Positions 11,603-26,902 of a stretch of DNA of 64,000 nt are shown here, in pieces. Source of the DNA: Sphagnum compactum (Eukaryota); the NCBI GenBank assembly GCA_965153455.1, contig OZ234493.1, forward strand, positions 14,808,213-14,872,212, read 5' to 3'. The position numbers were made by a program, and so were the translations under genes. Numbering within the stretch: the stretch's first letter is position 1; each line of letters begins with the position of its first letter. Under the pieces are notes generated by a model that was not told the origin of the DNA, did no database searches, and saw only the letters and a program-made list of their open reading frames with translations.

Positions 11603-14600
11603 ATGGCGATAGCGATGGCGCTCGGTCCCTTGACGACTATCTCTGGACATCCCAAGTTGGCTTCTGCGCTTTTCGGTTTTGAAGGAGGTGCTTCGCGTCC
11701 TCACTCCCGTGATGGCAAGCTGAATTGTAGGCAACGAGGAGTTTCTACCACAGCACAAGCTGCCAGGCAAAGCGACTATGGAGGTGAGTGGATCTCTTGG
11801 TTTCTTCTCTACGGGAGTAGGGGAATTTTTGCGCTGGTTTGTGTGTGCTTTCTTTTCTTTTCAATACTTAGGCGCTGAGTTTAGAGATCGGTTCGATTCT
11901 TTCATATGGAGTGTAGTCGATGAGCTTTTGTGCGAGATTTTTATCTGTAAGGTGCAATTTGATAGATGTTATTGTTGTTGTTTGGCTTAGCATCAACGAT
12001 TGATTGTCCATTGCGCTAGGGTTTCTGGTCTCCTTTAAGAACTCGCTGGAATTCTGTTGCCAATATTTCATGTGCATTCGAGATGTGTGACTCGGTTTTT
12101 TTTAGGGGATCCCTGAGATATCACTGGATATGTCGAAGTGTGGAAAGCTAGGGTGGCCGAGTTTTTGGGAGCAATTTGAGTAATTAGCTGCCTGGTTGAG
12201 CCATTACAAACTGTGCCTACTTGTTATAAGTTTAGCAATAGGAAAGAGGTGGTAATTCAGGCAGCTTGAATCGGTAGACAAAGTCTTTGTTCTTCCGCAG
12301 ATTTGCAAGAATTTCAGATGAAGACAAATGGTTTGGAAAATGCATTGGTGAAAACCTTAGGGGGTGCATCCTTTTGAGGAAAGGTTCTTGAGGGATTGAG
12401 ATGACTTTTTGAGGTTTATGCATGAGTTTACTGAGTGCAGCTGCTATGGTAGAACCACCTACAGATTGGAGACAAAAGTCAAAGCCTATCAAGCCTGGAT
12501 CCACTTATCCTGCCAAGGATCACTGCAGGCATGTTCTTCAGCTAAAAATCCCTTTGCAATTGAGTTGAAAAAATCCTAGTTTCTGAAATGTGCTCTAGAT
12601 GCTGTGTGCTGCTTTATGACTCTTGGAAGCAGAACTGCAGGGTTAGGCTGTTGTATGGTGCCACTGTTTCTTCCTACATGCTGTGAATGTTATCTGCTTG
12701 TCATCGGGTGCAACTGCAGACTGAAGGGGCAGTGTGGATGGCAGTCAATGTGGATTGTGTGACACATATTACATAGCACATGTGCGAGATGCCTGTGCAT
12801 TTTTAGGAGATGGCATGTCCAGGGTTGAGGTGCCTTCTCCTCCCTTGCTTGTTTAGACTGAATGACGTTGTCATTTTAGAGCTTGTGTCAAGCCTAACCA
12901 ACGACTGAAATGAATGCATTGCCACCATTTTGGCATGTATTCATGGTGTCAAAAGGCACTGGAACCTGAGGTTCATGGACGTGGTCGGGATCCAAATGCA
13001 ATGGACGATCTTTTCTTTGGAGTACATGATGAAATGTTGTATGCTCGCAAAAGTGAGCCTATACAAGGTGCGTGATTGGTTCCAGCATGATCATTCAGAG
13101 GATTCTTTTTGAATGTCCTCAGCCGCCCGATCTGCACCAGCATCTTTGAACATGTATCTCCTCTTTATTGATGCAAATCCATTCAATTTGTTGCATGTCT
13201 GACAGGTGCCCAATGGACTGGTATTGTAACAGCAATTTCTATGGAAATGCTGCGAGCAAACATTGTTGATGCAGTGGTTTGTGTACAAAGGTTGAGCCCT
13301 GTTCCCTATATCACATTTTGGAAAGGAAAAATAAAATTATGTTTGTTCCTAGATGTAGTAGACATAGGAAATGAGAGGCAGAGGAAGACTTGTGATTTGT
13401 TGCTAATATGTTTGAGGCCCTGGTCTTTGCAGTGATCCAAATGACAGGTTCAGCCCTAGACCAGTTCTTGCCAGGTTGAGTTTCCTTTCAACCTTCTCAT
13501 TGATTTGAATAAGTTTTGGTTTCCCTCTCAAGTACAATTGCTAATGAGTTGAAACATTCCCATTGAATTTCGATTGAAGGCCATCAAGTACTTTGAAGCA
13601 CGTTTATTTTAGCAAGGACACCTGTTCTCTGAAGCACAAATTGCTTTCCTCCCTGTATTTGCTACTTGTGGACAAATTTGGATATTGAATCCTGTTTATA
13701 ATATTTCCATCTTGGGCTAACCTCAGCACTTAGAGACAGATTGCATCTTGATCTTGGGTACAGAACAGTTGAGGAAGTTTTGGCTGCGCGAGGGGTGAAG
13801 CCTACTCTTTCACCAAACCTGAATACACTAGCACTAGTTGAGGTAATTGAATCCATTCTGATTCAGTAGGTTGATCATCTGTTTCTGCATTTGTCTAACA
13901 TCATCTATTGCCATGGTGAACCCAACAAGAATGTACTCATTGACCTACCCTCAGGGTGGTTGATTGTCCTTTCTGTAGTTTGTTGGAGAGGTTGTTGGAC
14001 TGAGATGTCAGAGGCTAGGTAGACTTAAGCGGTTGTTGTACTTGCATTGATTGCTTTGTGTTGGGTTGATATCCAATCCATTGATATGTGTGTGGCAAAT
14101 GCTATTGTCTATTTCAGGCTGCAGGGGTGAAACGATTACTCTTTTGTGGTGTAGGGTGTCAAGTGCAAGGTAGGACCCCTTGATTCCTTTGAGTAGCTGC
14201 TATACCTGCTTTCAAATTTCAAAGAAAGTAATCAGCGTCTGGAACCAGCTGGGGTCGTTAAATGATTCAATTGCGTCATGGAATATTTGAAAGTGTATCT
14301 TGGAATGATTTGATTTTGCACATATATGCTGTTTTATGTTCCTGACTCTTGGATATTTGATGCTTCAATTTTTTGTCTGTTTAGCATTACGGAAAGTGGA
14401 AAAGTATTTGGGATTGGAAAAGCTGTATGTTCTTGGCACCAATTGTGGTAAGCACGTCAGCTACAGCAACCAACGTTTCCACTACCTTTAATGCATGATG
14501 TTTTGTAGCACATGTTTGATGTCGCTTTCTGACAGGGAAGTCAAGCTTGAATGTCAGTGCAAGTCAAGCTTGAAGCTCACTCATTGGAAAATGCAAACCT

Positions 14601-16844
14601 TGATTTCTGTGGTCTGATTTGAGAAAGAATGTGGGTCAGTTTGTGATGTAGTCCAAATGGAAGAAGTACATGAATAGCAACCAGAGTCAATGGTTTGTGC
14701 TGTGAAAGGATGATGCTTCATATTCTGAAAGAGTTCATTTCCCTTCTTATGATTTTAAAAAAAAAAACCCTCTTATTGCATGGACAACAAGTCATGTGTA
14801 TTGATGGGGGTCTCAGTGGACAATGGGCCTAGGCAGGGACTTGACAAATTTCTGAAGGCTGCCAGTGATGACCCTGACACAGTACTCCATTATGAGTTTA
14901 TGCAGGACTACAAGGTTTTGCTTGGTCTCTTCATCTTTCAAACTTTGATGAGTGGGAGAGGGAATGAAAGAAACTTCTGAAACTTAAGCATGAGGTATTT
15001 TATGCAGCACGGGTTAATACTATATAAGGACATGCACTGAGTAATATACCATCACTTTGCAGGTGCACCTAAAGCATTTGGACGGCCGTAATGAGGAGGT
15101 AAGGTACTTTACCGAATTCAATTAAGGGATGTTTCTACTGCATCTCTCAAGGATCTTGCAAGCATCTGACAATGCTCATCATTGATATCCAGGTCCCCTA
15201 CTTCTGCTTACCAGCTGATGATTTGACTGATGTGATTGCTCCCTCATGCTACAGGTCACTCTTTTCTTCATGAATTATTTTATGCAGTAACTTGCCACAC
15301 TGATGTTTCTGTGGTAGAATTCATCATATCTGACACACATGGTTACCAGGAATTTGGAAAATAGGCATCTCTGTTACCATATGTGATGAAAGTGAGGCTT
15401 TGAATTTTTTTTTTTGGCATAACATGTTTTCTATCTTGTGGTGGAGGATTGCAGCTGCTTTGACTATACAAATGGCCTGGCAGTAAGCCATCGTTACCCT
15501 TTGTCTCATGTGCATGGAGTCAACAATCTGCATTATCTATTGCTGGCTGTCCCTCATTATGTGCAAGGCAATTTTTGGGCTTGTTCATGATAGAGGCAAT
15601 ATCAAATGACAAGGTGTGTTTGTGGAAACAGGATTTGGTAGTTGGATACATGGGAGTGCCCAAGTATGCAGGGGTGCCCATGACAAAACATCCTCAATAT
15701 ATAACTGTTAGGTGACTAATCAAAAGCCCTCCAGTCTCCCATCTGCTGTTTCAAATGTTTCCTCATGAGGTGGATTTGCATTTTTAACCAACTGATCAGG
15801 CTGTTTTGTCCTTGTCTGGAAAGCCTTTTGAAAGTTTCTTTGCTCAGACTGATGGATGTACTTTGTGTGTGAGTGAACATTGCAGAAACAAGCGAGGAAA
15901 GGAGATGCTGGATCTAGTGCGACCTCTTCTGGACATTACTCCTACCATCAGCACTGTGTGTAACTTCTTCCTTTCAAGCTAGTCTTGGGATTAAATTGAT
16001 ATTTTCATGACATCTTACCATGATTCTACTGGTGCTGTAATCTACAGGGCAACAGAAAACCCTTTGTGATGGAAACTGTGAAAGCAGATGACAAGGCAAA
16101 GCTAGGTACACAACTCTGGCAACAAGATTCTGGCTCAGTCACAGCCACTCCTTCATGATTCAGCAGCTGAATATTCTACTTCTATTTTGACAGAGGGCAT
16201 GTCACTCCCTCATGTATAAGTCAGTGGCTACTTAGCCCCTATTCTGGCAGAGAAATGATGAACACAATGATGTGACTGTGTCCCAGGTCAAGGAAAAACT
16301 CAGCCAGCACCAAGATTTGTGGGAAACTTGATTGCTTTCCTTCTCAATTTGGTGTGTCAATCTTTTCCTTCAAAATCAAAGTTGGAAATCCCTCCCTTTG
16401 GATGTTGTGTTGATGTTGTAGTCAATAACAACAGACTTGGAAATGACCGTGGTTAGTGTCTCCAGGTTGCAGTGCTTCCACATGGTGGACTAGAAACTGA
16501 CAATATTGGGCACTGATTTGTTCAGGTTGGACCCAAGGGCTTGGAGTTTGGACGGTATTCATTGGACTATCATAACATTCGCAACTACCTTCATGTATAC
16601 AGAGCTTGGGGCAAGTCAAGGTAAAATTGCCTATTACATAAAAGTGCTTGAAATATCTGTCAACATTCCTCTGGATGCTGTTGCCTTTCTGGTGCAAGAA
16701 TTCCATACTGATCTTTGAGAGTCAAACTTTGTTCATTGGAGAATCAGGGCAGAGCGGCACATTCCATCTTATGCGAAGAAGTTGGTGGCCATGTATAACG
16801 AGAGGGGGGAAATCGACAAGCTTCTGAAGGATGGGACAAAGTGA
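11603..16844 (+). CDS. HCAR: 7-hydroxymethyl chlorophyll a reductase, chloroplastic (19 exons)
   Basis: Exons 11603-11783, 12441-12528, 12745-12829, 12956-13067, 13206-13290, 13433-13474, 13764-13842, 14118-14169, 14385-14447, 14817-14914, 15063-15098, 15193-15254, 15455-15482, 15632-15711, 15886-15955, 16048-16105, 16287-16351, 16526-16620, 16748-16844. They give a transit peptide followed by YPAKDHCSQCGLCDTYY, GAQWTGIVT, LFCGVGCQVQ, LGTNCVDNG, LHYEFMQDYKV, APSCYSCFDYTN and VGPKGLEF, all HCAR motifs. Confidence 0.96.
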
Positions 16845-19800
16845 TCACATCTCCATGCTATACACAATATTCTGCAGTTATCATCACCACCCCTAGTGTT
16901 GCATGTGAGGTATAATACATAATATCGCATCAAGGTTGTAAAGATCTATCTGGCACTTTCAGTTTCAATTGTCAATGCAGGTAGTGATTGCGCTGGAGAT
17001 TTGCATTTCAAGTTTGAAATAAGGTGATTTCATGTCTGTCAGCCATGAGATCAGATTTTACAAAAAGAATGCACAACATTACATAGCATCTGAGAATTCT
17101 TTCTTGATAAACTTTTTTGATGACTGAACTTGGGTAGTGCCAAACTTTGGATTACCAATTGTTCCATTATTGTTGTTCATTGAAAATTGGATTTGGGAAC
17201 AGCTTTGGACTGTATAATTGTTTACAAGCATCCTTTCTGGATGAATGAAACTGGAGCTTTTGTTCCTCTGAGAACATTCAACTTAGTAACTTTTATTTAT
17301 GCTTTTATTTGATTTTATCATCCTCGAACGCAATATACAATAAATACTTAACACTATATGTGATTTGTGTTGCAAACAATAGTAATGGTTAGTTATAAGA
17401 TGGAAAATGTAATCTTTTGTCTCGACAGATGGATGGTACTCAAAACCCGTTTTCAAAATCAAATATTAGTTTAAATTTAGCTTTGGAATTGCACTATTAC
17501 TCTCCAGAATTATGAATTATGATTACGTGGTAACATAAATTGTGGTTGTAATTTGAATGCAAGATATCTCGATTTGCGATTTGTCCACTAAGTTTATGTT
17601 CATCTAGAATGACAATATTGTATTAATGCATAAGTCCATACATGATTTAATCATGTACTGAAAGTGGTTCTTCTGCAAAAAAATAACAATGTTCAAGTTA
17701 TATTTATTCATAAGATCTCATAATGTTGTTGATGAAGATGTGTTTCTTAACGTGTTTATCTTGAAGTCTCCAATTGTTATGGTTGGGCAATAGTTTCTTG
17801 CACCTTACTTAGAGGTATATATAGAGCTTTTCATCTATATTTGTTGAAAGATCCAATGATGAATTTGGCACTTGATTTTGTTGTTGAAATTGTTTGTGAT
17901 AAAGACAATACTCGATCATAAAGTATCATGGTTTTTTTGTTCATTGTAACATGACAAAATATTGAAATTTCTTTAATATGACATTGTAAATTTCTTGAGT
18001 TGCATGAATGTTTTGGTTTTTTTTTTTTCATTCAACAAAGAATGTGGGATACTAACAAGTGTGGATCTACCAAATAATCTAAAAAACGTAAGTTTACATA
18101 ACAAGTGTGGAGAGACTATTATGACTATAAATTTTCTGTATTAAGATTTGTGACAAGCAATTAATGGTTTGTATTGTGCATTTGTTTTAAGATGAAACGA
18201 TTCTTTTTCAATAAGGGAATGTACTTGGAATTTTTTTGTTTGATAATGCAAAAACTAAATACAAGTGTTCTTTTGGAATGAATTATGGATTAAATTGTGT
18301 ATGTTAAACCATGTTTTGTTACACCAATTGAGTCAAGTGTCAAATTGTTGAGACTTAACTTTTTTGCACAATGTATATTATGTGTTGTAACAAGTGGAAT
18401 ATAGAATTGAATTATCATAATGATATGAAAAAGGTAACTATTTATTTGCAGTTTGGAAAAATGTTTTATTTATTGGGTGTCCACTTTTTGTTTTGTCCAA
18501 GGAATTTTTCATGGACGTGCGAATGTATTATTCTTATGTTAATTTTGATTCACAAGTTTTGAAATTTTTGTCTAGATTATGTGTAATTTAAAAAAATTTA
18601 TATGCACCATTTATGAGACCTTTTGGTATAAAGTATTTTTTTACACATAATATTCAATTAAGATATTTTTAATGTAATAATTCATAGTGTGGGCTAGTTG
18701 TTTGACTTATCATCATAAATAATTTAAAAATGTGGATGATGCTTCAAATATTGAATGCAAATGTAAAAAAATTGCAATGCATTAAAAAATAATTGAAGAA
18801 TGAAAATTTTAAATGGCATTAAAATATAAAAATATAGAAAACTAAAATAATCCTAGTGAAAATGTAAAACTAAATTGTAATTTGAACATTTACAAATTTG
18901 AACAATTGTTTAGCCTTGAATTAGTCACAAATGTTATTATCACTACTATCTTGATGACTATAATCTTATTTGACATAGATATGAAAATTAATTTGACAAT
19001 TTACATTAAACGACATTTGTCGAATGTTAATTAATTTTGGATCATACAATTTAAGGTCAATAAATTGTCAATACCTAACACTTATGTAAATAAGTAAAGA
19101 AAGTAGGCCTATGGAAATAAGTAAATAAGCTTAAGTTAGTTAGTTAGGTTTAAAGTAATCTTATTATACTTTTATTATCTCATTTGTTACAGGTATTATT
19201 AACCATAATAATCAATGTTTAATAATAACAAAATAAAAATAATTTCCTTAAGTATAATAACCCTTGGATACACTTGTACTTAGATGGCCTTAATATGTTC
19301 CATATATATATATATATATATAATGCATGATTGATATATTTTTATAGGATTTAGTTACATAAAATTCTAATACACCCAATATACATATTTGTATTATACA
19401 TTTTTACATCTTAATATGCCCCCAATATTTTTTTAAATACCTTTAATGGACTCTAATATACATGTAGGGCTATAATTAATTTTCGTCACGTTTGCAATTA
19501 ATCGGACATATAAAACCTTTTCTGGAAGTAAACCAAACTAAAAATTGTCTTCTTGGAAGGACAAAGAAAATAATAATCACAAACTAATTGCAATGTAATT
19601 ATAAAAATGACCAAACATAACAAATAGTTGCAAAAATGACCGAAACTAATTACAAATGACATTTCATTCTATAGAGTGGTTACAAAACCATAATTCCTGT
19701 AATGGTTATTTTTCGTTATTTTAAATCTACTTTCCTTTGTTCCCACTATTGCACCATGTGGTCACCTAATGTTTTTGTATTGTGTCATCAATGATTTCAT

Positions 19801-22800
19801 CAAATGCTAACTATTATGTGAATTTATGTTATAATTCCACATTGAAATTAGATGGCCACCCAATGAGCTCAAGTTTTCAAATCCTCAAAAAACAAAAGCA
19901 TGTGCACTTCTTTTTTGACATGTGTGATCACAATTGCTCCCAAATCTAAATTAAGTGGCCACATGAGATTGTCTTTAACATTGAATTTTGTTCTTACAAT
20001 TGAGTTGTGTGGTGATGCGATTTGATCTACTTTTCTGTCACCACAAAACAAGGCCACATTTGTAATTTACTTTTTAATTTACAATTAAATCACGTGGTTG
20101 CTTAGTCTTTTTTTTTCTTTGTTCAAAAGAAACCATAAATTTTAGAAATATCAACACTCCTTTAAATAATTCAAGATTGTAATTCCTATCTTTTGTGCTC
20201 ACAATTATATGTTATGTTGACCCACTTTTTTTTATGCATTTGGTTTATTATTCCTTTGTATCAAAGTTCTTTATCACAATGTTTTGAAGTTCTTTTAAAA
20301 AGTTTCATAGATTTAGGACAAAGGACTTTTGTACATGAATCATAACATGTTTGATCATCAACCTAAAAATAAACAAGGATTTTGCAAATCCAAGAATTTA
20401 TTATAAGACTCAGTCTTCAAATCACATCAAATCAAAATCATCCTTGGGTTTTGTAATGTCTATGAATTCACAACAACTTATGATTTCAAAATCTTTAATT
20501 GTTAAATTTGCAAAATTACACTAGAAAAAATTTCATCGTTTGTAACAAAAAAACAATAACTATAGGTCTTTAATGATTTTATCAATGACTATAATCATAA
20601 ATATAACCATGAATATTACATGTAAAAAGGGGCATAAACATCTTTGGGTGGACCCACCAAGTGTCATGAACACAAAAATTAAGAAAACGACTAATGAAAA
20701 GACAGACCTAAGCGTAAAACGAAACACAAAATATAAAAATCAAAACAAAATCATAAGAGGCTAAAGACAAGAACATGAAGTGTGCAAATGAAAATGCAAA
20801 TTTTTTTAATTGTGATAACACGAAAATGTAAATACAAAAGGTACAAAACAAGGTTATAAAACAAGATTATATTTCAAATTAATGTTGAACAAACTAAAAG
20901 TAATAAAGGGGTCCCACCTTTATTTATATTCCTTTGAGAACTTAAGTTAAAAAAAATTCCATCAAAATTTCCATGTGCCCATTGATTAAATTTTTACAGA
21001 AAAATACTTCCTAACTACAAATGAACTACGAGTTAATTAAGACTAAATTAGAAGTGAACTAGGAATTGATGAATTAAAAATGAATTAAGAATGAACTATT
21101 AATGAACCATGAGTCATAGATGAACATCCATATGAATGAACTCCATTTGTCATGTGAAAATGATGTTCTTACATTCTATGTGATAAAAAAATACTTAACT
21201 TCTTAGAATGTAGATATTTCAATTCAAAAAAAAAAATTTTTTTTTTTGTAGTTGACAACATTGAATGTTCAAAGTTTATGTACATTATGTAGTTTAAGGA
21301 ATATCCTAGAGATTTAAATTTTGTTTCTCTCCATGTTTTTGAATGTCTATTTTCTATTGTTGAAAGTGTTGAAGGGGATTTCTTTTTATACTTACATGCA
21401 TTTTATTTTTGTGCATGAAAATAAAAAACAACCTTCAAATCTTTCAAAAATTACTAATCTATGCCTATGTAGGCAATCTTTTTCAAGCCCCTATTGATAG
21501 AAAACTTTTCACTTTCTAACTATGGATGTAACATTGCCTTTAAGTGCAAAGTGATGATTGACTAGTAATTAATATAAAAAATTGCATGTTTGTTGTTTAC
21601 CACCACTTTGTACTAAATCATAAACAATAATTTGTGAACTAAATGATTTGTGCATGTGTGAGCCTCATGTGCAATCCACCTAAAAGAACATGGTGATAGT
21701 GAGGAGCTATGGATAACCAAAAAAAAAAGAGGGCGTTTATTAAAACTCTTTAAAAGATGCAAAAGAAAGTTCCCAAATTGCAAATGGAAGATGTTCTTTG
21801 ACTAAGGAACAAGAAAGGTGACATGTATATGCAACATTGCAAAAAAATCTTAAATGAGCTCACTTTGATGGGGGTCATTGAGTAGTAGAAATTGAATGCC
21901 AACAACAAGCAAATGTTCTTCCAACTTGTGTTGCAATAAAGATTGTGTGATGGTGAAACTTAATAGACATGGGTTTCACCCAAATGAAAATATGCATGCC
22001 ACTCTAGAAAAGCCAAGCATGATTTTCACATCTATGGAACATGTTGCTTAATGGAATCTCAAATAAATCTCAAGCTCTTTCTAAACAAAAACTTGAAGGT
22101 GATGATGTCTTTGAATGTGTGTTCTCCTTTGATTCAAAAGAAGAATATTTTATAATACAACAAATTTTTGAACATTCTAGCAATAAATTGTACTTATTAA
22201 TCTATTGCCTACAATGAAGTTGGAGCTCTTACTAATGTTAAAAAATGAAGTTGTAGGAGTCAAGTTTCTTGTATGAATTTGTAAGTCTTATTGAAGAATA
22301 AAATTGTAGACTTCTACTCTTATGGTTTAGTGGTTTAGTTTTTTAGGTACTTGATTTTGTTGTGTTGGTAGATTGTACTTGCAAAGGTTGTTTTAGTACT
22401 TCAATGAAGAATGTTGCAATTGTTGGTTTAATGCGAGAAGAAAATTCCATTTTTTTTGGGAAGTATATTGGTCTTTCAAGTACTTGCATGCCTTATGAAA
22501 TAATATTCTAGTGGTATTCCCATTTTATCATTTTGGTCCTATCTAGAAGTCTTGTTTCAAAATACTGATAGTCAAGGTTCTTGTTGTTTGTTTTGTAGTA
22601 TTTGTGTACTTCATGCATTTTTGCATTTGCCTATGATATGTTTGGTCGTATCTACTTTTTGTTTACCATAATACCATGGCAAGTTGAACATTTTGATGCT
22701 GAATAACTATTTCATTTTCAAGATTCCATGTATAAGTTTTTTTTCCAAAAATCATAAAAAATTCCATATTTTCCTTCACAAAATTTCCTTCTTTAAAAAA

Positions 22801-25800
22801 CAGTTTCAAAAAATCTCAGCATTTCTGAAAACAATACAATAGAGTGTTGAAGCTGCCAAGGTACTTCATGGTAGAACAATTACCAAGGTTTCAAGTATGG
22901 CATAGTCTATGCCTTCAAGTGGGTGCTGCAGTGTTTCTTTGAAGCTCAAAGGAGTTCAATGTTACACACAATGTAATTTTTGCAATTGTGCAACAATTTT
23001 CTAGTCATCATAATACAAGAAGCTGAGATTCAGTCCCAACCCAAAGTACCTACAGTCTGTAACCCAAGCAGATTCTGGCAAATGCTTCAACCACAAATCC
23101 TTTGTGCACTTGAAGATCCAAGGATTTTGTCTATGTAAAACTTGAGTAGATTTCTTTTCTAGAGGTTTTGTCTATCCAAAACTTGTCCCTCTAGAAGAAT
23201 TACTGAACAAAAAAGTGCTTTTTTGAATGAGAATGTGTTGATTTAGATTACAACTTAGAGGAGTGTGGATAATTTGTAAAGTGGATTGGAAAGAGGAAAG
23301 GTTCATCCATAATCAAAACCAAGCTCCATTGGAGCTAGAACATATCCTGGGTTGATTTGAGTTGCATGTGCCTATTGGGTTTTTGTGATCTCTTCAATTC
23401 CAGAGATTATCATTCTTGACATTGATTTCATCTTTGGTAAGTAGACCCCAAAGTGAGTTACATGAAGGAACCCAAATGTCAATATGTACATAATGTTAGC
23501 AAATTATGAAAAAACAAACACTTGGGTATGTCTTGAAATCTTGTATTTAACCCCTAAATGTCAGATAGGCATGGTATGGGTTGCTTTTCAGTGTAAATTC
23601 TCACTGTCCTGACGATTACAGGTTAAAACAATAAGTGAATTTCTTTTATGGATTTCCAGAGGTTGTGGACTTTTCGTTTCCAAGTTAGCAAACCTTCAAC
23701 TAGTCCATAACAAATTGTTCTTTTTTGACATGGGACATGATTGTCAATTGGGAATTCACAAATTGCATAGAGCTAATAATCATCATAAGAGAAAAGAGGA
23801 GATTTGATGGAATTTATTTAAGGTTTGTAGTTGCAAGAATGTGTATGTAGGTTGTAGGCCAACAAGCATACACTTCTTTTGCTGAAAAGAAAAGGCTTTT
23901 GCTTCATATGGCCTCTCCATAAATTTTGGGGCCTACTACACCTGAGGGTGGAAACTTGGCATTCTTGCAACTTATACTTGACATTCTTGGATTAAAAACA
24001 ACTTCCTAACAATTCACAATTGAATACACAATAATTCATAAAGGATTGGGAGACACATTCAACTTTGGGAAGTTAATGAATTATTTAACTGCATCATTCC
24101 AAAATATACACTCTACCTTTGAAAAATTGATACTTTTTTTGTGAGAAGATAGAAAAATGTCTTAGTTAGCATTGGTAAACCGCGAGGAGGTTACCGCCCC
24201 TTGTCAAGGCTGGGCTCTAAATGTGTATATTTACAGCAATTGAGAGGGAGGTTGGGCAATAAGGGAAGGACCAAAGAGGTAGGGTTAGGAGGGGCCAAGT
24301 GACCATGTGGATTGCTGTTAAATGCTTGTACCATGTATAAACAAGGAGTGCATCACACTGCAGCCGTGTCATTTACATTAAAAAGTATCTTAAGGCAAAA
24401 GAAGAATTATGGAAACTCAAATATATTTCACCATGCAAAAATTTATAATCTTCAGAAAATCCTCTAAAAGAAACCAAAATCCTTCAAAATATTATAACTC
24501 TATAACTAATCTCAAGTTTCAACACAAGCCAGAATATCATCATATTTCAAAAATCCTCATATAAAAATAGACCTATTATTATTATTACCTAGTAGGGGCC
24601 AAAATCCCTTAAGCTACTATACTCTATAATGAATCTAAACACAACAATATCCTTGCCTTGGTAGGCAAGGCCAACCAATAGAAAATAGAGTATGGTTTAC
24701 ACAAAGTTTAGTGCACATAGGTGCATTCTGCCTCCTATTGAGTCACTAGGATGAGGCCTTTAGGCTCATTATCTGTAGGGACAAACTGGAGGCTGGATGT
24801 GCCCTAGGGTGCGTTCCCTAGCCTGTAGGACCACAGGTAGGTAGGTAGGAAAATGGATAATAGAGCGGAATAGGTAGGTAGGAAATGATTTTTCTGCTGG
24901 TGCTTTATGTTGGGTAACACCCTCAAAGCACGCACCGCTCCTTGGGCGTTACCCTACTCATAAAAATACCTACAGAATTTACTAGGTATGGTCCTTTTTA
25001 CATAGACAAATCCTAATCACCTAATCCTCAACACCAAATGTGTTGGGGTTGGCTTTCATATGGTACCCAACACACAACCAAGTGCAAAATGTATCTCGCC
25101 CTCAAAGATGGGTGTTACAAAGTCTTTCTATCTACATAGGTAACAACTTTGAGCACAAATACCTAATAAAGAACCAAGCCCCAAAGGTGTGAGAGAGATA
25201 GATAGTGACTATTGACCAACACCCAACAACAACTTACCTTCCCACTTTTATGTATAAAGAGGTTACGATGTTTGTACCATATAGGACTCACTAATTTGAA
25301 GAGATTTCAAGAAGGAAACACTTGAAGTGCATTAGAGTTATCCATAAAGTCATCCCCAGTATGAACCCTTGTTCGATCCTTTGTTTTCCATCTCATTCCT
25401 AGTTTAAGGGCATTTGCAATGTCGGCCAAACTGGGGATGAAAACACAAAATTTAGGTGAACTATAAAGCTGCCCAATTTTGGTTTGGGCTGTATGGGTTC
25501 TTAGGTTGTAACATTCTAAGGTTTGTTTGGTTATATAGGCTTTAGGGTTCGACATTTTTAGGTGGTGGATTTTTAGGGTTTTAGGGTTCTGGGTTTTAAG
25601 GGTTTAAATGGCACTATTTGATATTTGTTCATGTGTACAGGAGACATGAACTTTGTGTGTCATCAACATGATGGGATATGATAAATTCTGAAACGATACT
25701 CTGGGTCCCAAGAAGGCTTTTAACATTGGCCTATGATTTGTGGGTATGCAAGGGATTTAGATAAGTTCCATTGGCAAAAAGCATTTGTGTGATTTGTGGG

Positions 25801-25967
25801 GTTCAAGAATTCATGTGTACATGATTAAAAAATGATAAAAAATAAAGTGTATGAGGGGAGTAGGTCTAGAGTTATATAGATTATGGGAGAAGCACTAGGT
25901 AAGTAGTAGATGGTGTGTAAATAGGAAACACTTTGTCATTTTATTCCTCTCCCATAGCTACTACCAT

Positions 25968-26516
25968 CAGTTCCGGGCAATTGAAAATTTTCAGAATCAA
26001 AACAACTGTTGGGTTTGGGTAGTTGAAAAAAAAATCAGATTCAAAGAACCGTTGGGTTCACCATATTTCTAAAGCTTCAAAGAACCGTTGGGTTTGATGA
26101 AAGAACCAACAAAGACCTGGCAGTTTTAGGCGGATATATCCCCCCCCCCCAAATTTTTTTTTTGAAAAGTCTGATAATATGTAATGACTGGGTATTTTTT
26201 TTTTTTGATAACCGTGGTTATATATCAAAACTGCGTATTTGGTTTTTTATTTATTTTAATAACCACAATTATCAACTTAGACAGAGCATTAACCAAAAGT
26301 TGATTGCTGGTTCTGGTCTAGGGTAGTAAGAATTGGACTAGAACCGGGTAGGCTTTTCAAAACCAAAATCAAGATTGAAATTTCTTTTATATGTAGAAGA
26401 AATGGACTTGAAACTGGATTCCTGAATTCCATTTATGTATGTTATCAAAATTAGTCTAATTATTTTTCAGAACCAAAACCAGAGGTTCTTCATAAAGATA
26501 AAGAATTGACTAACAT
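25968..26516. repeat. Interspersed MITE-like repeat rich in AAAGAACC/AACCG motifs
   Basis: Recurrent AAAGAACCGTTGGGTT and AGAACCAAAACC motifs, similar in style to 53934-54395. Boundaries are approximate. Confidence 0.4.
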
Positions 26517-26594
26517 GAGGGATTACCTCCTTAGTGTGATAGTGGAGAAGTAGGAGGGTTTATAGGGGATAGGTTCATCCACAATTGAGTCTTA

Positions 26595-26902
26595 GAGCAT
26601 CTCCACCCCACACTGGCAAAAACCCTTTTTCATTCAATCTTGCAGCAGGATAAAGCAAATCCTGCTGCTCTCTCCCTTATTATTGATGGTCCATTTTACA
26701 GTGGTCATTTTAACCCCTTGAAAAGTTTTTTTAAACTATGGATTTGGAGAGTGAATATTACTCGTCCGGATGTAAAGACATAAATGGTCTTTGAGTGTTC
26801 AAAGGGACTGTAATGACATTTATCAGTGGCGACAGTGCTCATTAAACGGTATTCTATTCTGAAATACAAGAGTTGTTTGCCAGTGTGGGAGTGAAGATGC
26901 TA
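26595..26902. mobile_element. Tourist-like (PIF/Harbinger) MITE
   Basis: TIRs GAGCATCTCCACCCCACACTGGCAAA ... TTTGCCAGTGTGGGAGTGAAGATGCTA, flanked by TTA and TAA. Confidence 0.8.

Noticed and set aside
24140-25119. Possible solo LTR ending GGGTGTTACA
   Set aside because: I could not define a matching 5' end or TSD.
25555-25606. Telomere-like TTTAGGG repeats
   Set aside because: Only a few degenerate units; not a true interstitial array.
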